In this document: positions 40,231 through 49,239 of the stretch, in pieces
Position numbering within the stretch: position 1 is the first letter of the stretch
How the letters are laid out: every line of letters starts with the position of its first letter
The notes under the pieces: generated by a model
What the model was told of the DNA's origin: nothing
Database searches by the model: none
Seen by the model: the letters and a program-made list of their open reading frames with translations, nothing else
Assembly (NCBI GenBank): GCA_937889225.1
Contig: CALAST010000079.1
Location: 30,542 to 94,541, forward strand
DNA from: an uncultured Lachnobacterium sp.
GTDB taxonomy: Bacteria > Bacillota > Clostridia > Lachnospirales > Lachnospiraceae
Direction of reading: 5' to 3'
Length of the DNA: 64,000 nucleotides
Position numbers and translations under genes: made by a program

Positions 40231-40482
40231 TTACTTTCCCCTTTCGCCTAATTCTACCTGTACTGCTCTTTTAACTTTTTCATTACTTGTTCTTTTGTAA
40301 AGTGCCTTTAATTCTTCTTTAGATTTAGAAGCCATATCATATTTTTCTCTCATAGCTAATACATCTTCAATGTATTTGTTATTCTTGCCAGTTTGCTTAC
40401 TTACAAAATTTGCTAGTTTTTCATTTTTTGTAAATAATATCTCAGCTCCAATGTTCAATAAACAGTCTAATAAATCTCCCAT
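40231..40482 (-). CDS. Hypothetical protein (83 aa), first gene of the rSAM operon
   Basis: RBS AAAGGA; stop lies 1 nt from the next start. Confidence 0.65.
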   Translation of the reverse strand: MGDLLDCLLNIGAEILFTKNEKLANFVSKQTGKNNKYIEDVLAMREKYDMASKSKEELKALYKRTSNEKVKRAVQVELGERGK

Positions 40483-40624
40483 ATTAAAATTCCTTTCTAA
40501 ATTATATTTTTTGTCATAATATGTCCCTTTTTTGTCTATATAAGTACTTTTAACTTATATGGATTATTCTAACATAAAATATTAAACATTACAATTAGAA
40601 AATAAAAGTACTTGCAGAGACAAA

Positions 40625-40960
40625 ATGGAGGCTGTAAAATTGTTACAAGAAATTGATTATGCAAAATTAGGAATGAAAATCAAAGAAATACGAACGTGTA
40701 AAGGATTAACACAAGATAAACTTGCCGAAATGGTCAGTTGTAATACTTCTCATATTTCAAATATTGAAAATAATCATACTAAAGTAAGTCTTAATGTATT
40801 ACTTGCAATAGCAAATTCACTCAATACTTCTATTGACTTTTTACTATCTAATCAATATGAAAATGCTTCTTTAGCTTTAGATAATGAAATTGTAAGAGCT
40901 ATTAAGGATTTTTCTATTGAAAAGAAAGAGAAACTTTTAAAAATGATAGATATTTTATAA
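40625..40960 (+). CDS. XRE family HTH transcriptional regulator
   Basis: IKEIR..KGLTQDKLAE......SHISNIENN....SLNVLLAIANSL. Confidence 0.9.
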   Translation: MEAVKLLQEIDYAKLGMKIKEIRTCKGLTQDKLAEMVSCNTSHISNIENNHTKVSLNVLLAIANSLNTSIDFLLSNQYENASLALDNEIVRAIKDFSIEKKEKLLKMIDIL

Positions 40961-41038
40961 TTTGATTATATATTTACGAATAATATATGTACTTTAAGAA
41001 GTATATTTTTAACTAACATTATTATTTCTGCACAATAA

Positions 41039-41083
41039 AAAATGACCAATACACTTTTTTCATCGTAGTGTATTAGTCATTTT
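41039..41083. terminator. Intrinsic terminator between the XRE gene and rlmH
   Basis: aaaatgaccaatacact...agtgtattagtcatttt inverted repeat. Confidence 0.6.
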
Positions 41084-41165
41084 AATCTTTCCTAATATCT
41101 GCTTTTTTCAGTATTTTGTGTGCACTCTGCTATTCCCTATAAGGAATCCTACAAAAAAACCTCAC

Positions 41166-41183
41166 TTACTTATGGTATGGTTC
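41166..41183 (-). repeat. Proximal att site (current rlmH 3' end)
   Basis: GAACCATACCATAAGTAA, the last 5 codons plus stop of rlmH. Confidence 0.88.
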
Positions 41184-41645
41184 ATGATTCATAATTCGAT
41201 AACCACGATAAATCTGTTCTAATAAAATGACACGCATTAATTGATGTGGAAATGTCATTTTGGAAAAACTAAGCGCATAATCAGATTTTGCTAAAACCGC
41301 TTGCCCTAGACCAATTGAACCACCAATAACAAAGATAATATGACTAATTCCCTGTACACCCAGTTTTTCCATTTTTCCCGAAAGTTCTTCGGAAGTTAAT
41401 TGCTTTCCATTAATTTCTAATGTGATAATATACGCATCCTCTTTGATGTATTTTAAAATACGTTCTGCTTCTTTGGTACGAATTGCATTATCTATCACTT
41501 CGCTCGAATTATCGGGTGTTTTTTCATCTGCAACTTCTATAATTTCCAATTTGCAATACTTACTTAATCGTTTGGAATATTCTGAAATTGCATCCTTTAA
41601 ATACTTTTCTTTTATTTTTCCAACTGTAATTAATGTTATTTTCAT
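41166..41645 (-). CDS. rlmH: 23S rRNA pseudouridine(1915)-N3-methyltransferase
   Basis: [41 protein letters not shown]-terminus. Confidence 0.97.
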   Translation of the reverse strand: MKITLITVGKIKEKYLKDAISEYSKRLSKYCKLEIIEVADEKTPDNSSEVIDNAIRTKEAERILKYIKEDAYIITLEINGKQLTSEELSGKMEKLGVQGISHIIFVIGGSIGLGQAVLAKSDYALSFSKMTFPHQLMRVILLEQIYRGYRIMNHEPYHK

Positions 41646-41758
41646 TCTTTCTTTTTCCTAATAATCTATTTTGCAGTTTCCGTTCAAGTGGATATTCACA
41701 CTTTGCTTTGCTACTTGCTCATAATAGAATAATGTGGGACTTTCTTGATTCGGTTAAA

Positions 41759-42940
41759 CTATAATTCTTCTGTAGATTCGGGTACATAATCATACGAGCC
41801 ACGATAAATGGAACTTGCCAACCCTGTATTATTGTCAATAATGACCACTGATAGCACCTGATTTCTTCCTTCCGGAATACGAATCGGTGCGACATACAGT
41901 AAAGAATTTTCTGTTGGATTTGTATTATCCCAAGTATAGTAAGCACTGCATCCATTTGGAATCTGTATAGAGATATAAGTTTCTTCTGTATAAATGCCAC
42001 TTCCGGGAGATACAATCGGATAAGATGGTGGGGCAATTTTAATCACATATTTCTGCGTTAAAACATCACTATAGACACCCTTTTCATTTTTCGAAACAGC
42101 CTTTAAAGTAAATTCTCCCATCTCATCAATGGAAATCTGTCCATTATAACGAGTTCCTTTTTGGATGGGGTCAGAACCGTCTAATGTATAATATACTTTG
42201 GTATTCATTTTTGAGGATAACGTCAATTTGATATATTCTTGATAGGTTCCTTCTTTCAAACTTACAGAAGGCATCTCTACCATATAGTCTTTAAATAACC
42301 TCAATACTTGTGCATTTTCTGTTGTTTTCATTAATTTCAAAATAGATTCCGTATCATTTTGCTTTTCATAATAGTCAATCAATAAACTATATGCTCTCGT
42401 ATGGGAAGAATCTAATTTTATGATTTGCAGCAAGCAATTGAGTGCTTGCTGTTTTTGCTCTAGTTTTAAGTAGACTTCCGAAAGAGAAAACAATGCTTCA
42501 CAATTTTTAGGTGAGAGTTTGCTTGCCTGTTCAAAATAGGCAAGTGCTTTCTCATAATTTTGCTCCACGAATGCTTCATTTCCTTTTTTCAACTGATATT
42601 CCAATGAATTTTGATTGGAATTATCAATAAAAATTTTAAATGTAAGTCCTGCTACTAATAACAAAATGCATATAACAGAAATGAGTTTTATTATCATTTT
42701 GTCCTGTTGTTTTTTTGTTGCTTCCGCTTTCTTTTTTTGTAAATCCTTTTCTTCTGTTTGAATATCCGTTTTTAACTTTTTTTCTTTTAAAATAGAAATA
42801 TGTTGTGTTCCTTCTAAAAGTACATTAATATTATCGTCATCGTAGATACTATAGTCAGGAACCATTTGCGTAGCTTTGCCACACTTTGGACATCTTGCAA
42901 TCGTTTCATTTATACTTTCACCACAATGAATGCATTTCAT
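41759..42940 (-). CDS. Zinc-ribbon, TM, TPR and Fn3-associated (chitobiase C-terminal-like) domain protein
   Basis: CIHC/CPKC, TM helix, TPR helices, YYTLDGSDP and YYTWDNTNP repeats. Confidence 0.75.
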   Translation of the reverse strand: MKCIHCGESINETIARCPKCGKATQMVPDYSIYDDDNINVLLEGTQHISILKEKKLKTDIQTEEKDLQKKKAEATKKQQDKMIIKLISVICILLLVAGLTFKIFIDNSNQNSLEYQLKKGNEAFVEQNYEKALAYFEQASKLSPKNCEALFSLSEVYLKLEQKQQALNCLLQIIKLDSSHTRAYSLLIDYYEKQNDTESILKLMKTTENAQVLRLFKDYMVEMPSVSLKEGTYQEYIKLTLSSKMNTKVYYTLDGSDPIQKGTRYNGQISIDEMGEFTLKAVSKNEKGVYSDVLTQKYVIKIAPPSYPIVSPGSGIYTEETYISIQIPNGCSAYYTWDNTNPTENSLLYVAPIRIPEGRNQVLSVVIIDNNTGLASSIYRGSYDYVPESTEEL

Positions 42941-43109
42941 TTATAAAAATCCCCTTTATAAATAAAGTTTTTTACTAAAGCAATCTCATTTAAATAAGAT
43001 ATCCTAATTACATATCATTTAACCTCTATCTTATACAAATGACATTGTTTCATGTCTATGCCCCATATTTTCATACGGAGCATAGATAGAACAAGTAATC
43101 CAATACTCG

Positions 43110-43949
43110 CTACATTTTCATAGCTTCCACACAGTTTTTCATTAGCATGCAGATAGTCATCGGTCCAACACCGCCCGGAACAGGGGTAATGGCAGAGCAA
43201 AGAGGTTCTACTTCATCAAATTTTACATCACCACATAATTTATTCTGTGCATCACGATGAATGCCAACATCAATGACAACCGCACCTTCTTTTACGTATT
43301 CAGCCGTAATAAACTGTGGTTTGCCCATCGCAACGATTAAAATATCTGCTGTTTTGCAGATTTCTTTTAAGTTTTGTGTTTTTGAATGACATACGGTTAC
43401 GGTTGCGTTTTCATTTAACATAAGAAGTGCCATTGGTTTTCCTACGATATTGCTTCTGCCAACGACTACACAGTTCTTTCCTGTAATTTCTACATCAGAA
43501 CGTTTTAAAAGTTCAATAATGCCCGCCGGTGTACAAGATACAAATCCCGGTTCCTGCACAACTAAAGAACCCACGCTTTGCGGATGGAAGCCATCAACGT
43601 CTTTCTTTACGGAAATACGCTGAAGCACTTTCTTTTCATCAATGTGTTTTGGAAGTGGTAATTGGCATAAAATACCATGTACCTGTTCATTTGCATTTAA
43701 TTTGTCAATCAATTCCAAAAGCTCGTTTTCCGTGATATCTTCCGGAAGTTCATAGGAAAGTGATTTAATTCCAATATAAGCACATGCTTTTTTCTTGTTG
43801 GAAACGTAAACCGTAGAAGCCGGGTCATTTCCTACCTGAATAACTGCAAGTGCACATTCTTTGCCTTCTTCTTTGTAACGAGCCACTTCTTCTTTTAACT
43901 CATCTTTAATTTGTTGGGAAATTAATTTTCCATTGATAATTTTTGCCAT
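43110..43949 (-). CDS. folD: Methylenetetrahydrofolate dehydrogenase/cyclohydrolase
   Basis: KDVDGFH, CTPAG, GRSNIVGKP, PVPGGVGPMT. Confidence 0.97.
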   Translation of the reverse strand: MAKIINGKLISQQIKDELKEEVARYKEEGKECALAVIQVGNDPASTVYVSNKKKACAYIGIKSLSYELPEDITENELLELIDKLNANEQVHGILCQLPLPKHIDEKKVLQRISVKKDVDGFHPQSVGSLVVQEPGFVSCTPAGIIELLKRSDVEITGKNCVVVGRSNIVGKPMALLMLNENATVTVCHSKTQNLKEICKTADILIVAMGKPQFITAEYVKEGAVVIDVGIHRDAQNKLCGDVKFDEVEPLCSAITPVPGGVGPMTICMLMKNCVEAMKM

Positions 43950-43961
43950 TTTTGATACTCC

Positions 43962-45635
43962 TTAGAATAATCCGGTGATAACACCGTTTTCATTTACATC
44001 AATGCCATATGCAGCAGGATTTTTAGAAAGTCCCGGCATGGTCATGATTGAACCATTGATTGCAACCACAAAACCTGCACCTGCGGATACATATACTTCA
44101 CGTACATTTACGGTGAATCCGCTTGGACGGCCAAGTTTCTTTGCATCATCGGATAAAGAATACTGGGTTTTTGCCATACATACCGGTAAATTTCCCATTC
44201 CTAAATCCGTAATGCGTTTTAATTCTTTTTCAGCCGCTGCGGAATAGGTAACGCCATCTGCCCCATAAATTTCTTTTGCAACGGTTTCGATTTTTTCTTT
44301 TAAAGAAAGTGCATCATCATATAATACATGGAAGTTGCTTTCTTTTGTTTCTAATGTTTGCAGCACTTTTTCCGCTAAAGCGATACCGCCTTCGCCGCCT
44401 TTTCCCCAAACTTCAGATAATGCAAACTCACAGCCTCTGTCTTTACAGAAGTTTTCTACGAAATCAGTCTCTGCCTTTGTATCGCTAACAAAGGAATTTA
44501 AGGTTACGACTACCGGAACGCCAAATTTATGTAAGTTTTCAATATGTTTTTCAAGGTTTACAATACCTTTTTCAAGTGCTTCGAGATTTTCTGTATTTAA
44601 ATTTTCTTTTGCCACGCCACCATTATATTTTAATGCACGAATCGTTGCTACAAGTACAACTGCATCCGGTTTTAATCCGGCTTTGCGGCATTTGATGTTA
44701 AAGAATTTTTCTGCTCCAAGGTCTGCACCAAATCCTGCTTCTGTAATGACATAATCCGCAAGTTTTAATGCAATTTTTGTTGCTCTTACAGAGTTACAGC
44801 CATGTGCGATGTTCGCAAATGGTCCACCATGCACGATTGCCGGTGTATGTTCAAGTGTCTGAATAAGATTTGGCTTCATAGCATCTTTCAAAAGTGCTGC
44901 CATAGAACCAACCGCTTTTAAATCAGCCGCTGTAACCGGTTTTCCATCAAATGTATACGCAACGATAATCTTTCCAAGGCGGTCTTTTAAATCGTTCATG
45001 TCACTTGCAAGACAAAGAATTGCCATAATTTCAGATGCTACAGTAATAACAAAGTGGTCTTCACGAACCATACCGTCCATCTTGCTTCCAAGACCAACTA
45101 CGATATTACGGAGAGAACGATCATTCATATCCATGCATCTTTTCCAAATAATTTGTCTTGGGTCAATGCCAAGTTCATTGCCATGCTGAATATGGTTATC
45201 CAGTAATGCGGCAAGTAAGTTGTTTGCAGAAGTGATTGCATGGAAGTCACCTGTAAAGTGCAGGTTTAAATCTTCCATTGGTACAACCTGTGCATATCCG
45301 CCACCTGCTGCCCCGCCTTTGATACCAAAACAAGGTCCAAGGGATGGCTCACGAAGTGCGATAAGGGCTTTTTTTCCTAATTTTCCAAATGCCTGTCCCA
45401 AACCAACACTTGTCGTTGTTTTTCCTTCTCCTGCCGGAGTTGGATTGATAGCTGTTACAAGAATTAGTTTGCCATCCGGATTGTTTTTGCTTCGTTCCAT
45501 TAATTCATCAGATAATTTGGCTTTATATTTTCCGTAAAGTTCTAAATCATCTTCCATAATTCCGATAGAAGCAGCTACTTCTTTAATTGGTGAAAGTACC
45601 GCTTCCTGTGCAATCTGAATGTCTGTTTTCATCAT
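43962..45635 (-). CDS. fhs: Formate--tetrahydrofolate ligase
   Basis: [33 protein letters not shown]. Confidence 0.97.
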   Translation of the reverse strand: MMKTDIQIAQEAVLSPIKEVAASIGIMEDDLELYGKYKAKLSDELMERSKNNPDGKLILVTAINPTPAGEGKTTTSVGLGQAFGKLGKKALIALREPSLGPCFGIKGGAAGGGYAQVVPMEDLNLHFTGDFHAITSANNLLAALLDNHIQHGNELGIDPRQIIWKRCMDMNDRSLRNIVVGLGSKMDGMVREDHFVITVASEIMAILCLASDMNDLKDRLGKIIVAYTFDGKPVTAADLKAVGSMAALLKDAMKPNLIQTLEHTPAIVHGGPFANIAHGCNSVRATKIALKLADYVITEAGFGADLGAEKFFNIKCRKAGLKPDAVVLVATIRALKYNGGVAKENLNTENLEALEKGIVNLEKHIENLHKFGVPVVVTLNSFVSDTKAETDFVENFCKDRGCEFALSEVWGKGGEGGIALAEKVLQTLETKESNFHVLYDDALSLKEKIETVAKEIYGADGVTYSAAAEKELKRITDLGMGNLPVCMAKTQYSLSDDAKKLGRPSGFTVNVREVYVSAGAGFVVAINGSIMTMPGLSKNPAAYGIDVNENGVITGLF

Positions 45636-45765
45636 TTTTCCTCCCAAATATAATTTATTTTCTCCGTTTTAGAAAACTATTTCTAAAACGTAATTATTTT
45701 GACAATTGGAATTTGTTAGTCTTTCTTCGTTTTATCATCTTTATTCTCCTTAGACTTTTTCCAAT

Positions 45766-48225
45766 TTACTTTCCAAAAGTACTTTCAAATTCCTCCAATG
45801 ACATTAAAACCTTCCTTGGCTTTGTTCCCTCTTCCGGTCCTACAATGCCTGCTTCTTCTAACTGGTCCATAATACGTGCAGCTCGATTAAATCCAACTTT
45901 CAAATATCGTTGCAACATACCAATTGATGCTTTCTCTTTATCAATAATAATACTTGCTGCTTCCATAAAATAAGAATCTTTTCCATCTCCTCCTGCATCC
46001 GCATCGGAAATAGAAACCATATTGCTATTGGAACTATTTTCCATATTTTCCAGTTTCTGCTGAACCTCTGCATTATAGTGGGCATTTCCATTCGCTTTTG
46101 TAATATAATCCACAACGGCAGCAACTTCGTTATCCGACACAAATGCTCCTTGTACACGGATTGGCTTTGGAACACCTTGCGGATTAAAGAGCATATCGCC
46201 TTTTCCTAAGAGTTTTTCTGCTCCATTCATATCCAAAATAGTACGTGAGTCCACGCCGGAAGTTACTGCAAATGCAATACGGCTTGGCATATTCGCCTTA
46301 ATCAAACCTGTAATGACGTTTACGGATGGTCTTTGTGTCGCAATTACCAAATGAATACCTGCAGCTCTTGCAAGCTGTGCCAATCGGCAAATCGCTTCTT
46401 CTACATCGTTGGAAGCAACCATCATAAGGTCAGCTAACTCGTCTACAATAATTACAATCTGTGGTAATTTCTTCGGTTTTTCCTGTCCTTCCGGTAGACT
46501 AAGTGCATCAATTTTTGTATTATATCCATTGATTTCACGCACACCTGCTTTTGCAAATTTATCATAACGTTCCATCATTTCTGCAACTGCCCAATGCAAG
46601 GCACCTGCTGCCTTTTTCGGGTCCGTTACAACAGGAATCATTAGATGCGGAATTCCATTATAAACACTAAGCTCTACAACTTTAGGGTCTATCATAATCA
46701 GTTTTACTTCTTCCGGTTTTGCCTTATATAAAATACTCATGATAATTGTATTGATACAAACGGATTTACCCGAACCGGTTGCACCTGCAATCAATACATG
46801 TGGCATTTTTGCAATATCCGTAACCGTTGTTTTGCCCGCAATATCCTTTCCTACTGCAAAACTGATTTTCGAAGATGCATTTTGAAATTCATTCGATTCT
46901 ATCAATTCGCGGAAAGAAACCATGACATTTTCCTTATTCGGAACTTCAATACCAACCGCAGCTTTTCCCGGAATTGGTGCTTCAATACGGATATCCGCAG
47001 CCGCAAGATTTAATTTAATGTCATCAGCAAGATTTACAATTTTGCTTACCTTTACGCCCACTTCCGGCTGAAGCTCAAAACGTGTAACGGCAGGTCCGCA
47101 ACTGATATCTGTTACCGTAACATTTACACCAAATGTTTTTAAGGTGTTCTCTAATTTTTGTGCAGTTTCTCGTAATTGATTTTGCGTATTTCCTACACGT
47201 TTGTTAACAGCCGGCTTTAATAGCGATACCGGAGGAAAAACATAATTTTTAAAACTTTCTGCGGACTCCGTTGCGATCTCATTCGTTACATCACCTACCG
47301 CTTTTTCAATCTCATCTGCAGTACTACTGCTACGCATTTTTCGTGTACTTTTTTCCTTTACAACCGGCTGTGCTACCGTTTCCGGTGATGTAAGCTCCTC
47401 ATCACTTATAAAATCACCTACAATTTTAGGTCCTGCCTTAGATTTTACATTTTTCTTTTCTTCTGAGACTTCCGGCAAAGAAAGTACATCTTTTACATGA
47501 AGTTCATTTAACTCATCTGTCATGGTTGCAGACTTTCTATCAACCACCTTTGCTCCTATGGCAACACCGGACACTTTTTTGTCCATTCGAAGTTGTTTCT
47601 CCTGCACTTTTGTCCTGCGATATTCCTGATAACGCTCATTGTTTTCTTTAGCAGACTCATAAACTCTTTGTCCGCCTTTTTTAAATTCTTTTATTGCGGA
47701 TTTTTCAGTTATAATGACCAAACAAATAATAAGTACGACAATGTCTATGATATATGTACCGATGACACCAAATGCTTGACTGATATAATATCCCAAAAAA
47801 CCGCCGATAATGCCACCGCCCAGCTTGTTTTCATAACTATATTGAAATGCTTCCAATGGCTTCATCACAGAATTCCCCGATGCGACCATTGCCGTAAACA
47901 TGCATAAAAACATCGTAAAAATACCGGCCGCAACAAGTTTGATAGTTGCAAAATGATTTCCTTTGTTCGATACTGCAAAAAAACTTCCCAGCATAAGCAC
48001 AATTGGAAAAATATAAGCAATAATTCCAAATAATCCAAATAAAAAGCTGCTGACTCCATTGCCAACTGCCCCTCCTACACCAAAGTTACTAATCATGAGC
48101 AGAAGGGAACATGCAATGATTGTCCATAAAATAATTTCAACGCGGAAAGACTCTGCTTTTTTTAAATCTGCCGCATTTTTCTTTGTTGTTTTTCTTTTGG
48201 AAGAAGTCTTTTTCTTCTTCGCCAT
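45766..48225 (-). CDS. ftsK: FtsK/SpoIIIE DNA translocase
   Basis: N-terminal TMs, GATGSGKS, IVDELADLMM, ATQRPS, gamma domain (GFNRAARI). Confidence 0.95.
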   Translation of the reverse strand: MAKKKKTSSKRKTTKKNAADLKKAESFRVEIILWTIIACSLLLMISNFGVGGAVGNGVSSFLFGLFGIIAYIFPIVLMLGSFFAVSNKGNHFATIKLVAAGIFTMFLCMFTAMVASGNSVMKPLEAFQYSYENKLGGGIIGGFLGYYISQAFGVIGTYIIDIVVLIICLVIITEKSAIKEFKKGGQRVYESAKENNERYQEYRRTKVQEKQLRMDKKVSGVAIGAKVVDRKSATMTDELNELHVKDVLSLPEVSEEKKNVKSKAGPKIVGDFISDEELTSPETVAQPVVKEKSTRKMRSSSTADEIEKAVGDVTNEIATESAESFKNYVFPPVSLLKPAVNKRVGNTQNQLRETAQKLENTLKTFGVNVTVTDISCGPAVTRFELQPEVGVKVSKIVNLADDIKLNLAAADIRIEAPIPGKAAVGIEVPNKENVMVSFRELIESNEFQNASSKISFAVGKDIAGKTTVTDIAKMPHVLIAGATGSGKSVCINTIIMSILYKAKPEEVKLIMIDPKVVELSVYNGIPHLMIPVVTDPKKAAGALHWAVAEMMERYDKFAKAGVREINGYNTKIDALSLPEGQEKPKKLPQIVIIVDELADLMMVASNDVEEAICRLAQLARAAGIHLVIATQRPSVNVITGLIKANMPSRIAFAVTSGVDSRTILDMNGAEKLLGKGDMLFNPQGVPKPIRVQGAFVSDNEVAAVVDYITKANGNAHYNAEVQQKLENMENSSNSNMVSISDADAGGDGKDSYFMEAASIIIDKEKASIGMLQRYLKVGFNRAARIMDQLEEAGIVGPEEGTKPRKVLMSLEEFESTFGK

Positions 48226-48376
48226 TTATAATAACCTCCAAAATATCCATAAAATTATGTCAAGCGGATATTTGCCATCCGTTTGCTGCTTACTCAAAAT
48301 AGAACTCTGCATATCCTATTCTAAAGAAAGTCATTGAAACATACTATACCATATTTTGGCGGTCTTGTCATCTAAT

Positions 48377-49051
48377 CTATTTGTTTTTTATTAAATCCTT
48401 AAGTTTTGCAAATGCTTCGGAAATTCCACCAATTTCATTAATCAGACCTATCTCTACAGCTTCTTTCCCCACCAAAATCGTCCCAACATCTTTTGTCAGC
48501 ATCTGCGTATTCATCATAAGTTCCTCAATCTTTTTGTAATCCGCCTCACAATGATTTGTGATAAACGTAATAATTCTATCCTGCATACGCTTGAAATAAT
48601 CATATGTCGCCGGTGCACCAATCACCGTGCCGCTCATTCGCACCGGATGAATCACCATCGTACCGCTTGGAACAATCATGGAATAATCCGTAGAAACAGC
48701 AAGCGGAACGCCAATCGAATGGCTTCCACCTAACACAAGGGAAACCGTCGGTTTGCTCAAAGAAGCGACCATCTCTGCAATCGCAAGTCCGCTTTCCACA
48801 TCACCGCCAACTGTATTTAAAAGCAGCAATACTCCATCAATTTTTTTGTCATCTTCAATTTCTGCAAGTCTTGGCAAGATATGTTCATACTTTGTTGTTT
48901 TCGTATTGGAAGGTAAACACTCATGCCCTTCGATTTCCCCGATAATGGAAATAAGATAAATTGTCACATCATTATCTTGCAATACGCTTTGTCCATACTC
49001 TTTTAATTCATCCTGTTGTTCGTTTACTTCATTGTTTGCATTTTCGCCCAT
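48377..49051 (-). CDS. tepA: ClpP-family translocation-enhancing protein TepA
   Basis: GEIEGH, TKYEH, NTVGGDVE, GGSHSIGVP; upstream of ftsK. Confidence 0.88.
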   Translation of the reverse strand: MGENANNEVNEQQDELKEYGQSVLQDNDVTIYLISIIGEIEGHECLPSNTKTTKYEHILPRLAEIEDDKKIDGVLLLLNTVGGDVESGLAIAEMVASLSKPTVSLVLGGSHSIGVPLAVSTDYSMIVPSGTMVIHPVRMSGTVIGAPATYDYFKRMQDRIITFITNHCEADYKKIEELMMNTQMLTKDVGTILVGKEAVEIGLINEIGGISEAFAKLKDLIKNK

Positions 49052-49192
49052 AATGTATACTCCTTTTTCGATAACTCTGTTCTTATTTATAAAATTATGT
49101 ACTGTCTATGTATCTGTTAAGCAGTACATAACTCCAAAATGTCCCTGTTCCCACGTAGCTGCTAATAAACTTAGAGCCAACTTAAACCGTAT

Positions 49193-49223
49193 AAAAAACG
49201 GACACCATAATGGTGTCCGTTTT
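49193..49223 (-). terminator. Intrinsic terminator after glgA
   Basis: aaaacggacacc-ataat-ggtgtccgtttt hairpin. Confidence 0.75.
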
Positions 49224-49239
49224 AGTATGTACATTTTTT

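Larger units (their letters stand above)
32527..41183. mobile_element. SCC-like integrative element inserted in the 3' end of rlmH
   Basis: Flanking 18-bp direct repeats (15/18 identical, both encode EPYHK*); large serine recombinase; D5-type helicase fragment; DUF1643-like gene; visibly more AT-rich than the flanks. Confidence 0.88.

Noticed and set aside
41682..41706. TCAAGTG(G/A)ATATTC motif also seen near 57196
   Set aside because: Two short degenerate copies are not enough to call a REP-like repeat or a Rex operator.
43015..43200. 61-aa ORF overlapping the folD 3' end
   Set aside because: Alternative-frame overlap with no RBS or motif.
45648..45765. Possible THF or ZTP riboswitch upstream of fhs-folD
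   Set aside because: Only a short AT-rich hairpin is present; no recognisable riboswitch consensus.
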